Shown here piece after piece: positions 1 through 9,500 of a stretch of DNA of 32,000 nt. Each line of letters starts with the position of its first letter. The stretch's first letter is position 1. The stretch comes from Trichlorobacter lovleyi SZ (GTDB taxonomy: Bacteria > Desulfobacterota > Desulfuromonadia > Geobacterales > Pseudopelobacteraceae): NCBI RefSeq assembly GCF_000020385.1, contig NC_010814.1, positions 1,440,001 through 1,472,000 of the forward strand, read 5' to 3'. The position numbers were made by a program, and so were the translations under genes. Below the pieces are notes generated by a model, which had not been told where the DNA came from, made no database searches, and saw only the letters and a program-made list of their open reading frames with translations.

Positions 1-1
1 G

Positions 2-1246
2 ATCATCAAGGCCGGCCTGCTGATGACCGGTGCTGCCCTGCTGTCGATTCTTGTCTCCATTAAATCCGGTTTCAGCCCGCTGCAGTTCTTTACCGATATC
101 GCCACCAATCAGAACATCATTGACCATGTCAAGCTGCTGCCGATCTATCTGAAGGAATCTGCTGCCGGTACAGCCACGGCTGATGCCGGCCAACGCTTCC
201 TTGAGCCCGGTCTGTTCCTGACCAATCCGCTGGACCAGATCTCTCTGGGTATGGCGCTGGTGCTGGGTACTGCCGGTATGCCGCACATCCTGATGCGTTT
301 CTTCACGGTCCCGACTGCACAGGCTGCCCGTAAATCGGTTATCGTGGCGATGTTCATCATCGGTTCTTTCTACATCCTGACCACCCTGCTGGGCTTTGGT
401 GCTGCTATCCATCTCTCCCCGCAGGGCATCAAGCAGGTTGACGCAGGCGGCAACATGGCTGCCATGATGCTGGCAAAGCAGATGGGTGGCGAGTTCTCCC
501 CGTTCCTGGGTGACCTGTTGCTGGCCTTCCTCTGTGCCGTTGCCTTTGCAACCATCCTGGCTGTTGTATCCGGTCTGGTTCTGGCAGCCTCCGCTGCCAT
601 CGCCCACGACATCTATGTGAACGTGATCAAGGACGGCCACGCTGACCAGAAGGAGCAGGTCTTTGCAGCCCGTGCCACTTCCTTTATCGTTGGCGCTTGC
701 GGTATCGTAATCGGTATTGCTGCCGAGAAACAGAACGTTGCCCACCTGGTGGCCCTGGCCTTTGCCGTTGCCTCCTCCGGTAACCTGCCGGTTGTGGTGA
801 TGTCCCTGTTCTGGAAGAAGTTCAACACCGCCGGTGTTATTGCCGGTCTGGTGGTTGGTACCATCGCCTCTGTTGGTCTGGTTATGGTTTCACCCAACAT
901 GACCTATCCCGAGGTCGTTGCTAAAAATGCCAAGGCAGCCTACACCAAGCTTGAGAAAGAGATTGCAGACGGCAAGGTCAAGCCTGAAGCAATGGAGAAG
1001 ACCCTCAAGACCATCGAGGCCAAGAAGGCAGAAGAGGCCAAAAACCTCGGCGGCAAGTCCATGCTGGGCCTGTCCAAGCCGCTCTTTACCCTCAAGAACC
1101 CCGGTATCCTCTCTATCCCGCTGGGCTTCATCGCTGCCATCCTGGCAACCTTGATGTTCCCCTGCAAAAAGGCAGAGGAGATGTGGGACGAGATCTATGT
1201 GCGCCAGAACACCGGCATCGGCATGGCCAAGGCCATCGACCACTAA
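2..1246 (+). CDS. actP: cation/acetate symporter ActP (sodium:solute symporter family), 5' end cut by window edge
   Basis: The reading frame is open to the window start. The protein is strongly hydrophobic and multi-TM. The segment LGTAGMPHILMRFFTVPTAQAARKSV matches the conserved ActP/SSF region. A hairpin terminator follows. Confidence 0.85.
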   Translation: MIKAGLLMTGAALLSILVSIKSGFSPLQFFTDIATNQNIIDHVKLLPIYLKESAAGTATADAGQRFLEPGLFLTNPLDQISLGMALVLGTAGMPHILMRFFTVPTAQAARKSVIVAMFIIGSFYILTTLLGFGAAIHLSPQGIKQVDAGGNMAAMMLAKQMGGEFSPFLGDLLLAFLCAVAFATILAVVSGLVLAASAAIAHDIYVNVIKDGHADQKEQVFAARATSFIVGACGIVIGIAAEKQNVAHLVALAFAVASSGNLPVVVMSLFWKKFNTAGVIAGLVVGTIASVGLVMVSPNMTYPEVVAKNAKAAYTKLEKEIADGKVKPEAMEKTLKTIEAKKAEEAKNLGGKSMLGLSKPLFTLKNPGILSIPLGFIAAILATLMFPCKKAEEMWDEIYVRQNTGIGMAKAIDH

Positions 1247-1284
1247 GTCGTCATCTTTGCATTCCTTTGAATTGTGGTATAGTT

Positions 1285-1312
1285 GGGGAGGCTTCGGCCT
1301 CCCCATTTTTTT
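1285..1312 (+). terminator. rho-independent terminator after actP
   Basis: GGGGAGGC-TTCG-GCCTCCCC is an 8-bp GC-rich stem with a tetraloop. It is followed by A and a run of seven T. Confidence 0.75.
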
Positions 1313-1326
1313 AATCAGAGGGTTCC

Positions 1327-2541
1327 GTGGAAACTGTTCTGCATGATGATATGAGCAATCTGCTTGATCTGCTGCCGCCGCTTACGCAGTTGACCCGCTA
1401 TTGTACGGTTGGCGAAATCACTGAAGTACTGCATCAGCTCAAAGCGGATCTGGTTACTGTCAGGCGTAAGTTTGAGGTCTGGGATGCTCAGTCTGCCCTG
1501 CAACAGGGGCTGATCGGGACTGCCGGCGCTGATACGTTGAAGCAGTTGCATGATGAGCTAAACCGGATTGAACTTGAGCGCTTTATTGCAGCCGGATCGG
1601 TCAGTAATTTGCACCGTTCCTGTACCCGCTATCGTGACCTGCTTGCTGAACGGGCGCTGCAGATTGTCACCGAAGAGATGGCTGCTGCAGGGTATGGTGC
1701 GCCGCCGGTTTCCTACGCCCTGGTCAGCATGGGGAGCGACGGCCGGGAAGAACAGACCCTGATTACGGATCAGGACTATCTGATCGTCTACGATGACGGG
1801 GGAGAAGAGGCTGCAGATGCCTGGTTTGTGGAGTTTGGCAACCGGCTGGTTGATTGTCTTGAAATCGCCGGGTTCAAGCGCTGCACCGGCGATATTATGA
1901 CCAGCAATCCTACCTGGCGAGGGTCGTATAAGCAGTGGCGCAAACGGTTGTTTGCCATTGTGCGCTACGAAGTGGAAGATTTTGCCAAAAACATGATGGA
2001 TCTGATCGTCCTCTCCGATGCCCGCTTTGTCGGTGGTGATCGTGAACTGGGAGGAAAGCTGATCGAACTGATCCGTGATATGGAGAAAGAGCACTTTCAG
2101 GTGCTCTGGAGCATGGCCCGTGCTGCCACTGAAATGAAACTGGCGCTGGGGTTCATGCGCCGGCTCTGGACTGAACCCAGTGGTGAACACCGGGGGGAGC
2201 TGAATGTCAAGTTGCTGGCCTGGGCACCTCTGGTCATGAACGTCCGTATCCTCGCCATCAGCCAGGGGATGGCTGCCACCAACACGGTCCAGCGAATCAA
2301 CTACCTTGAGCAGGAAGGCAGTTTTTCCGAAGAAATGGCCCGTGGGTTACGGGAGGCTTACGACACCCTGACTCATCACCGGATACTGCTGCAGATCAAG
2401 CAGATCAAGGGGATACAAAAGGACTCCTACTATCTTGATCCATTGATGCTGGACAGTGGTGAGCGTGAGCAGCTTCGTCAGGCCGTGATCAGGGTGGAAG
2501 AGCTGCAGAAGATGATTCACACCAACTTCAACATTGTCTAA
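1327..2541 (+). CDS. DUF294-type putative nucleotidyltransferase (GlnD-like NTase plus substrate-binding domain)
   Basis: YALVSMGSDGREEQTLITDQDYLIVYDD matches the G-x-GR-x-E...DQD NTase signature of DUF294 proteins, followed by a helical DUF294_C-like half. The track start is GTG preceded by AGAGGG. An ATG nine codons downstream (1351) is an alternative start. Confidence 0.7.
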   Translation: METVLHDDMSNLLDLLPPLTQLTRYCTVGEITEVLHQLKADLVTVRRKFEVWDAQSALQQGLIGTAGADTLKQLHDELNRIELERFIAAGSVSNLHRSCTRYRDLLAERALQIVTEEMAAAGYGAPPVSYALVSMGSDGREEQTLITDQDYLIVYDDGGEEAADAWFVEFGNRLVDCLEIAGFKRCTGDIMTSNPTWRGSYKQWRKRLFAIVRYEVEDFAKNMMDLIVLSDARFVGGDRELGGKLIELIRDMEKEHFQVLWSMARAATEMKLALGFMRRLWTEPSGEHRGELNVKLLAWAPLVMNVRILAISQGMAATNTVQRINYLEQEGSFSEEMARGLREAYDTLTHHRILLQIKQIKGIQKDSYYLDPLMLDSGEREQLRQAVIRVEELQKMIHTNFNIV

Positions 2542-2545
2542 AGCC

Positions 2546-2575
2546 TTGACAGGTGCAGGTCGCTTCGTCTATAAA
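2546..2575 (+). promoter_or_regulatory. sigma70-type promoter for the tRNA gene
   Basis: TTGACA (2546-2551), an 18-nt spacer, then TATAAA (2570-2575), 12 nt upstream of the mature tRNA 5' end. Confidence 0.55.
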
Positions 2576-2587
2576 ACCACCTCTCAT

Positions 2588-2662
2588 GCGCGCTTAGCTC
2601 AGCGGGAGAGCACTGCCTTCACACGGCAGGGGTCGCAGGTTCGAAACCCGCAGCGCCCACCA
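2588..2662 (+). tRNA. tRNA-Val (anticodon CAC), CCA encoded
   Basis: 75-nt cloverleaf. Acceptor GCGCGCT/AGCGCCC; D arm GCTC-AGCGGGA-GAGC; anticodon arm CTGCC-TTCACAC-GGCAG; variable loop GGGTC; T arm GCAGG-TTCGAAA-CCCGC; discriminator A then CCA. Two stem positions are mispaired as read (see findings). Confidence 0.85.
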
Positions 2663-2669
2663 TAAAATC

Positions 2670-2706
2670 AACTGGTTAGCTAATTAGCTAACCAGTTTTT
2701 TATTTT
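2670..2706. terminator. bidirectional rho-independent terminator (perfect 28-bp palindrome)
   Basis: AACTGGTTAGCTAATTAGCTAACCAGTT is flanked by ATAAAATC upstream and TTTTTTATTTT downstream. It lies 7 nt after the tRNA. The stop codon of the convergent HTH gene sits inside the stem. Confidence 0.6.
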
Positions 2707-3013
2707 GTGGAGCACATATGGAGCACTTTGTGTTGAAGGGTAGTCTTTTTTCATCGCATTCAAGCGACGATGAACCTTCAACCGCCTGCCTGACAAACTC
2801 ATATTCCTGCATCACCCTCAGCAGATCAAGAGCTGTCATGCCTGTATCCCGATAATACCAGTTCCGTACCCGTTCGACAGGTATGTTGAGGTCGCTCGCC
2901 ACCTGCTTTGTCGTAATCCCCTGCTTTTGCAGCAACCTCATAATATATCTCGTTACATCGCCATTGTTGAGATCTTTTTTGTGGCTAATCTGCCACAAAT
3001 TCATTGTAGACAT
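2684..3013 (-). CDS. small XRE-like helix-turn-helix protein (109 aa)
   Basis: ITTKQVASDLNIPVERVRNWYYRDTGMTALDLLRV is an HTH-like segment. The track ORF (to 3202) would overlap the recombinase start, so I chose the internal ATG at 3013 (MSTMNLW...). It is divergent from the recombinase operon. Confidence 0.55.
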   Translation of the reverse strand: MSTMNLWQISHKKDLNNGDVTRYIMRLLQKQGITTKQVASDLNIPVERVRNWYYRDTGMTALDLLRVMQEYEFVRQAVEGSSSLECDEKRLPFNTKCSICAPQNKKLVS

Positions 3014-3069
3014 ACGCCCCTTGTTGGATGAAAGTATTACAGGAATATTTTGTGTTGTAACAAGGAGAT

Positions 3070-4683
3070 ATGCAGAAAATGCTGCAAACGGGAACGGCAT
3101 ATACTCCAAGCCAAATAATGAGCCTTCGCCTGAAGGGGGCCATGTATATCCGTATGTCCACAGAGTTGCAGGTGGAGTCGCCAGAAAACCAGGAACGTGC
3201 AATACGTACCTATGCCGCTCAATACGGAATTGAAATTATCAAAGCCTATGCCGACCTGGGCGTTAGCGGAATCAACACGGAAAAGCGGGAACAGTTTCAG
3301 AGCTTGATTGATGATGTGGAGCAAGGTCGGAATGGATACAACATTGTCCTGTATCTGGACGAAAGCCGCTGGGGACGGTTTGTAGACAGCCGCGAGGCTG
3401 AGTATCACCGTATGAGGCTGGAACGCAAAAACGTTTTGTGTCAGTCATGCGAAAAACCACTTACGTTAACCAGCAACATTGCCGACCGTATTATGACCCT
3501 GCTGCGGGATGAAAGCGCCAGCGACTACTGCCGCCAGCTCTCTCAGAAGGTATGGGCGGGACAATGCAATTTGGTATCAAAAGGATACCGGCAGGGAGGC
3601 GTGGCGGGTTTCGGGCTCCGGCGCATGCTCTTGGATGAAGCCGGTAACCCCAAACAGGAATTGGCAATGGGGCAGCGGAAAAGCCTGCTCACCGAGCGGG
3701 TGATTCTGATGCCGGGGTCAGACGAGGAATGCCGGATTGTGCTCTGGATTTATGATCAGTTCATCGGCGGGAGCAGCGAAACTGACATTGCGGCGCAGTT
3801 GAACGCACAAGGGGTGAAAACCCATTTTGGTCGCCCATGGTCACGAGGAACGGTGTGCGAAGTGCTGACCAATGAGAAGTACGTCGGCAACAACTTATTC
3901 AACCGCACATCGGGCAAGATGAAGAGCAGAGCCAAGCCCAATCCGGAAAGCGAATGGGTTCGTAAGGAACACGCCTTCGAGCCCGTAGTGGACATGGAGC
4001 GTTTCTACACCGTCCAAGGAATATACCGGGAACGTAACAAAAAGACTACCGACGAAGAGCTGCTGCAGGGGCTACGGGATTTATACGCCAGGCAGGGACG
4101 CCTTTCCGCGCTGATCATTGACGAAGCTGATTTCTTACCTCCCTGCAGTCTGATCCGCAATCGTTTCGGCGGCCTTCTGCGGGTCTATCAGATGATCGGG
4201 TATACCCCGAAGCGCGACTATCAGTATGTTGCCATCAACCAGCGGCTGCGCACCCTCCATGCCGAGATTGTTACCGATGTAGTCCGCACCATAGAGAACC
4301 TTTGCGGCAGGAAGATTCCCATCGACCCGGAAAGCTGCCTGCTGGAATTGAATAACAATCTCTTCGTTTCAGTTGTCATCAGCCGCTGTTTCATTACCCC
4401 TGCCGGAATCCGGCGCTGGAAAATCCGCTTCGATAGCAGTCTCCGTCCCGACATAACCGTAGCGGTACGCATGGATATCCGTAATGAAGCGATTCGGGAT
4501 TACTACATCCTGCCCGCGCTGGAGTTTTCAGATGGGCAGTTGAAGCTGTCGGAGGACAACGCCGGATTTCTGGACGGCTTTCGTACCGACACTCTGGATT
4601 ATTTGCTGAAACTGAGCGTTAACATCTCTCTCGACAAGGCGGTGGAACATGGATCATGGGGCCGTAGCGCTTATTCCCATTGA
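3070..4683 (+). CDS. large serine recombinase (resolvase/invertase catalytic domain plus recombinase domain)
   Basis: The N-terminal AMYIRMSTELQ...ENQ...YADLGVSG...R..F..L matches the serine-recombinase catalytic motif (Y-x-R-x-S-T-x-x-Q). Its 537-aa length is typical of large serine integrases. An AAGGAGA RBS lies directly before the ATG. Confidence 0.85.
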   Translation: MQKMLQTGTAYTPSQIMSLRLKGAMYIRMSTELQVESPENQERAIRTYAAQYGIEIIKAYADLGVSGINTEKREQFQSLIDDVEQGRNGYNIVLYLDESRWGRFVDSREAEYHRMRLERKNVLCQSCEKPLTLTSNIADRIMTLLRDESASDYCRQLSQKVWAGQCNLVSKGYRQGGVAGFGLRRMLLDEAGNPKQELAMGQRKSLLTERVILMPGSDEECRIVLWIYDQFIGGSSETDIAAQLNAQGVKTHFGRPWSRGTVCEVLTNEKYVGNNLFNRTSGKMKSRAKPNPESEWVRKEHAFEPVVDMERFYTVQGIYRERNKKTTDEELLQGLRDLYARQGRLSALIIDEADFLPPCSLIRNRFGGLLRVYQMIGYTPKRDYQYVAINQRLRTLHAEIVTDVVRTIENLCGRKIPIDPESCLLELNNNLFVSVVISRCFITPAGIRRWKIRFDSSLRPDITVAVRMDIRNEAIRDYYILPALEFSDGQLKLSEDNAGFLDGFRTDTLDYLLKLSVNISLDKAVEHGSWGRSAYSH

Positions 4684-5515
4684 AGATATTCACATCCTGA
4701 ACCCACGGGTGCGCAATCAGATCATTGCCGAAGAAATACGGCAGAACATTCGGAGCGTCGGCCTGAAAAGGCCCATAACAGTCGCTCCCAGAAAGGATTC
4801 GAAAAACGGCAAGAAATATGACCTCGTGTGTGGGCAGGGGAGGATTGAAGCCTTCATTGCCGCCGGAGTGACAGAAATCCCCGCAATCGTTCGCGAAGTA
4901 AGTGAAGAAGATGCGCATCTCATGAGCCTGGTGGAGAATATCGCCCGGCGCAACAGCAGTGCCCTGGAACTCCTGCAGAGTATCAAGTATCTGAAAGGCC
5001 AGGGGTACGCGGACGATGCCATCGCTGCCAAGACCAACCTTGGCAAAGACTATATTCGCGGCATCATCCGTCTGCTCGAAGATGGTGAGGAATACCTGGT
5101 CAACGCCGTGGAAAAGGGGAGAATCCCATTATACCAGGCCCTGAACATCTCTGTGGAAGATGACGCCGCCGTACAGACGGCCTTGACGGAAGCATATGAA
5201 TCTGGTGCATTGACCGGGAAGAAGCTGGTCGTTTTGCAGAAAATCATCTCCCGGCGCAAACATTACGGCAAAGGACTTTCAGCTCCACACCGTGAACATG
5301 CCAAAGTCTCAGCAGAAGATCTGATTGCAGCCTATGAGAATGGAGCCAGGGAAAAGAAACGGCTGTTGGCTCAGTCAAACTATATCAAGGATGTCCTGGA
5401 CTACACGGCCATGGCCCTGCGCCAGTTATTGAATGATGTCCATTTCACCAATCAGCTGAAGGCCGTCGGCATGAATGAAATACCTCTGCATGTAACGGAT
5501 CTTCTGAAAAGGTAG
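4649..5515 (+). CDS. ParB N-terminal (ParB/Srx nuclease-like) domain protein
   Basis: LIPIEDIHILNPRVRN...GLKRPITV...YDLVCGQGRIEAFIAAG...IPAIV matches the ParB-type box I/II layout. It overlaps the recombinase 3' end by 35 nt, consistent with an operon. Confidence 0.75.
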   Translation: MDHGAVALIPIEDIHILNPRVRNQIIAEEIRQNIRSVGLKRPITVAPRKDSKNGKKYDLVCGQGRIEAFIAAGVTEIPAIVREVSEEDAHLMSLVENIARRNSSALELLQSIKYLKGQGYADDAIAAKTNLGKDYIRGIIRLLEDGEEYLVNAVEKGRIPLYQALNISVEDDAAVQTALTEAYESGALTGKKLVVLQKIISRRKHYGKGLSAPHREHAKVSAEDLIAAYENGAREKKRLLAQSNYIKDVLDYTAMALRQLLNDVHFTNQLKAVGMNEIPLHVTDLLKR

Positions 5516-5520
5516 CGGCG

Positions 5521-6414
5521 ATGACAAACATAATAAAGCAGGGATTCCAGGAAAAATTGATCGAACTTGCCGTGGAAGAGTTGCACCCCACCAAAAGCAT
5601 TTCCATCTGTACCAGGAAATGCAGAAAGTATGCTCAGGTCCTTTCCTCAATTCGGGAAGTGGGGCTTATCGAAGCCCCTGTCGTCGCTCCGCTCAAGAAA
5701 GATAATGGATATCTCCTGCTCGATGGCCATTTGCGGATCATGGCCTTGAAGGAATTGGGAGTGGAACGCGTCTCCTGCCTGATCTCCACCGATGACGAGA
5801 CCTATACCTACAACAAATACATCAACCGGCTTTCAGCAATTCAGGAACATCGGATGATCGTGAAGGCCGTGCAGTCCGGCGTCTCGGAAGAAAAGCTCGC
5901 CCGTGTCCTGAATCTTGACATCGGAACAATCAGAAATAAGAAGAATCTGCTTGAGGGCATCTGTCCGGAGGCGGTCGAACTATTGAAGGATAAGACCGTG
6001 CCGGAACCGGTGTTCAAGGTATTGAGAAAAATGAAGGCACCCCGGCAGATTAACGCTGCCATGCTGATGAATGACCAGAACAAGTTCAACTGTAACTATG
6101 CCAAGGCCCTTCTGGACGCAACGCCGGTGAATCAGCTCGTCAACAAAGGCAAACCGAAAAAGGAAACTCCGGCGATACTGGCTCGCCAGGCTCGTCTTGA
6201 AGAGGAGAGTCTTGCCTTGTCCAGGGAAATAGGCTCATTGAAGGAACAATACGGTACAGCGATGATTGATATGACATCCATGCAGGCATATCTGAAAAGT
6301 CTGCTCGGCAACGACGCAGTTGCAAAATATCTGCGTGAATTACATGGACCAACTTATGACAAATTCAAGCATATCGCTGAGCTTGACTTTTTCAGGCTGA
6401 AAAATATGGAGTGA
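5521..6414 (+). CDS. ParB/RepB-like partition-family protein (ParB N-domain plus RepB-like C-terminal part)
   Basis: VEELHPTK...VGLIEAPVV...YLLLDGHLRIMALKELG...VSCLI is a ParB-like N-domain. It starts 5 nt after the preceding stop. Confidence 0.7.
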   Translation: MTNIIKQGFQEKLIELAVEELHPTKSISICTRKCRKYAQVLSSIREVGLIEAPVVAPLKKDNGYLLLDGHLRIMALKELGVERVSCLISTDDETYTYNKYINRLSAIQEHRMIVKAVQSGVSEEKLARVLNLDIGTIRNKKNLLEGICPEAVELLKDKTVPEPVFKVLRKMKAPRQINAAMLMNDQNKFNCNYAKALLDATPVNQLVNKGKPKKETPAILARQARLEEESLALSREIGSLKEQYGTAMIDMTSMQAYLKSLLGNDAVAKYLRELHGPTYDKFKHIAELDFFRLKNME

Positions 6415-6526
6415 GAATGGAAATCCGCATGTAAAAGGGGCCTGACGGAAGCAAAACGTCACTGCATCAAAGCTGATTTATCAACAGCCCCTCCTGCTCT
6501 AAGCCAATTCCATATTGATTCAACCA

Positions 6527-9500
6527 TCAAGAAAATCTAGTTTCTATGAGATTTCTCGCTGTTATAGAAAGGTTTCCGGATTCTTCTGTCGTGACAAGAC
6601 GACCAGGGAAATGTTTCTCATACCAAGCCTTTTTGGTATCCCAATGGCGTTTATATTCATCACGCTCAAGAAGTCCCAGATGCTCCCAGTAGAATTGCTC
6701 TCCACGCCAGACGATCGTAAAATCCGGCAAGTAGAATGATCCGTCAGGAGCATATAGTGGTTTTTCGTAGAGGAACGAAATGTCGCGGTCGAACAGCATG
6801 TTTGCAATAATTACCTCAGACTTCGATCTAACCATTGCTTCTGCCAGGGTACGGTGAATCCTCCCTTCCTCAAAAAAACCTTCCCGCCGGATCAATTCGA
6901 AACCGTCAGGTGCTGGCGTAAATTCAAAAAGTGAACAGTTGATACCAACGAGATGGGAGCTCTCAGGGCGATGAATTTTCAACAGAGGCGCAATATCTTC
7001 CTCGATAAGGACAGTGCAATGCCTCGTTGCCCGTGTAATCCCTGTGTAGAAAAGTTCAGGAGACAGTAACGCCGTCTTCTGCTTTGGTAGCACAAAGTAT
7101 ACTCGCTCAAATTCGCTGCCTTGCGACTTATGTACCGAAATCGCGTAAGCGAGTTCGAGGTTATCTTCGGGTTTTTCATCAGGCAGATATCTTTTTTTGG
7201 TGCCCTCCATTGCGTATCCGAGTTCCTTACCATAGGCAAAAGCAAGGTGTTCTTTCCGGGAGAACCGTACCTGAAAACGTTTAATCCGATAGTATGTTTT
7301 CTCTGGGACTTGCCATTTCGAGCCATCAAGAGCATGCGGAACAACAAATCCCAGTTCACCATTGAAAACCGAAGAACGCTCATTCTGCCTAGTCTGATGG
7401 TTATAGGCCCAAATTGCATCAGATGCCCCTCGATTGCGAACTTGAATCACTTTGTCAAATAGCGTTAGCCCTGCCAACAGGCCTACACGTCGCATGCCAA
7501 CACCGCGGGCCTCTTGCTGAATACGAAGGTTGATGGCTTCAGTTCCGAAATCTTCATGCCGGTATGGTGAGATCACCTGGTGATAATCGGGCCGAGGGTT
7601 CTTTTCTTTTCCCCGCGTTGCCGCCAGCCATAGAGCATGGGCAGCTTCAGGGTTAAACTTTTCCCCGCTGTCTTCTTCCATATCGGCGACAATGCGATTC
7701 ACAATTTTGCTCAGAAGATCATCTGCACCTTTCCAGTAGATAACCCGTAAATCTTTATCCACAGTGCCATCTGGCGGAAGGTCCTGAAGTCGCTGGAGCA
7801 TGAGTTCCGCACGGATAGACTCCTCTTCATCTTTTTGATCACGGTTTGGATTTCGCACATAAATAGAGGCGAGGTCAAGTATCCCCGTCCCCTTGCCCGT
7901 AAGTCGATTTTCCATCTGACGCAGATTAACTGTCAGCTCGCCGATGCTTGCTGGATGGTTCTTACGCAACCATTCGATTATATCGGCGAACACCTTGCCA
8001 CGTCCGATCGGCGGCAATTGGTTCGGATCACCTACCAAAATAATCCTCTGTACTGCGCTCCAGTTTATTGCCCTGAAGACGGCAGCCAATAATTCGAGAT
8101 CAAGCATAGACGCTTCGTCTATCACAAACGTCGTAACTTGGTCCTCACGCTGTCCCCCGCTATGTTTGAGAGTAAGATTAGGGTTCAACCACCCCCTACG
8201 AGCCAGGAATGAATGGATGGTACTAGCTTCCTTGCCAGTTTTTTCTCGGATTCGATCTGCCGCTTTCCCCGTTGGAGCGAGAAGGAGGAACGTAGCATCG
8301 GTTCCGTGTGCCTTCTCTATTGCCTGAATTATTGATCTAATAATTGTTGTCTTACCGGTGCCCGCAGCACCGCACACCACAGATATTGGACGGTTGAAAA
8401 TTTTCGCACATACAGCGGCCTGAGCCTCTATCGCAACCTCGTAATCGTGCCGACTCTTTTCTGCTAATGGGCTCTTGGCCTCAAACAAAAGATCCTTCCA
8501 GTGTCTTTCGGTTACTGGCGATCTGAAAGTTATGTCCGAATAGCCAGCAAGCTTCCTGATGCGGTCTTCGATCTCTCTCTCAGCTTCGTATGCCCCTCGT
8601 AAATAGGCATAGTCCCGTTCGCCTTCCCTACGGAACACCATGGCGAATTCTAGATTGGTGCGATCTACCTCCAGGTAGCGGGCCGTGAACTCGACGCGCT
8701 TCCAATCAGGTAAATAGCTTAGACGTCGATTCACATCTTGTAACATTTGACCGCACGTAAGGAACGTATGCTTTGTCTCGAACTTTAGCCTATCAACACA
8801 CAACGCGCGCAATCTTCGCCAATCATCGGTATCGAAAAGAAATTCTCCTCCAAGGTCCGGGGACGGGAACACCGCATGGTCAACTCTGCTGAAGTTGATA
8901 CTATCATCTGGATTCTCGCCGACGTACTGTTCTATCAAGACATAGGGATTTGCCTGAATGTCGCCGAGACCAGCTTCCAGGCCATTTTCGATGCGCTTTT
9001 CGCTCAGAATCCGCTCCATCTGGTCAACAGGCAAGTCAATGCGCGGTAATAAGCCAGTCAGTATCTGACGCTCATCATCAGTCCTGAGGCTCCACTGCCG
9101 ACGAATTTTAGTGATCTCCGCGCTACCAATTGAAACACCGGGGATAGCATCACGCCCCGCGTTCAGCCATTGGAATACTGCATCATGGAAGATCTTCTCC
9201 TGACCTTTGGCAACTGCAGAACGGAATGGGGTGACAGCGCTGGAGAGGCCAATAAGATCCATCACTCGTGAGAGGCCAGGGAAAAGACCTCGACTCTTCC
9301 AAAGCTCTGCAACAAGACTATTCAGCCATTGCAGCCTAACACTCCAATTCTCTGAATCGTCACCGATATCCCGCAGGAAGGTAACTATTTCTATAAATCT
9401 CTCAACCAGCGACAACGCGTCATCATCACTCACATGACGGGAACCGTACTTGAAACAACGGCTATTTTCTGGAATCAGGACTATCTTCTCTAAGACCTCG

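Noticed and set aside
145-2300. Minus-strand ORFs overlapping actP and the DUF294 gene (for example 890-1306 and 1558-2190).
   Set aside because: They are antisense to well-supported genes. Their composition is Arg/Pro/Gly-rich, typical of wrong-frame translation of GC-rich coding DNA.
2670-2697. The 28-bp perfect palindrome as the serine-recombinase attachment site (attL).
   Set aside because: A hybrid attL is expected to be asymmetric. A perfect palindrome flanked by A and T runs between convergent transcription units is more simply a bidirectional terminator. The att-site idea is not excluded, only unsupported.
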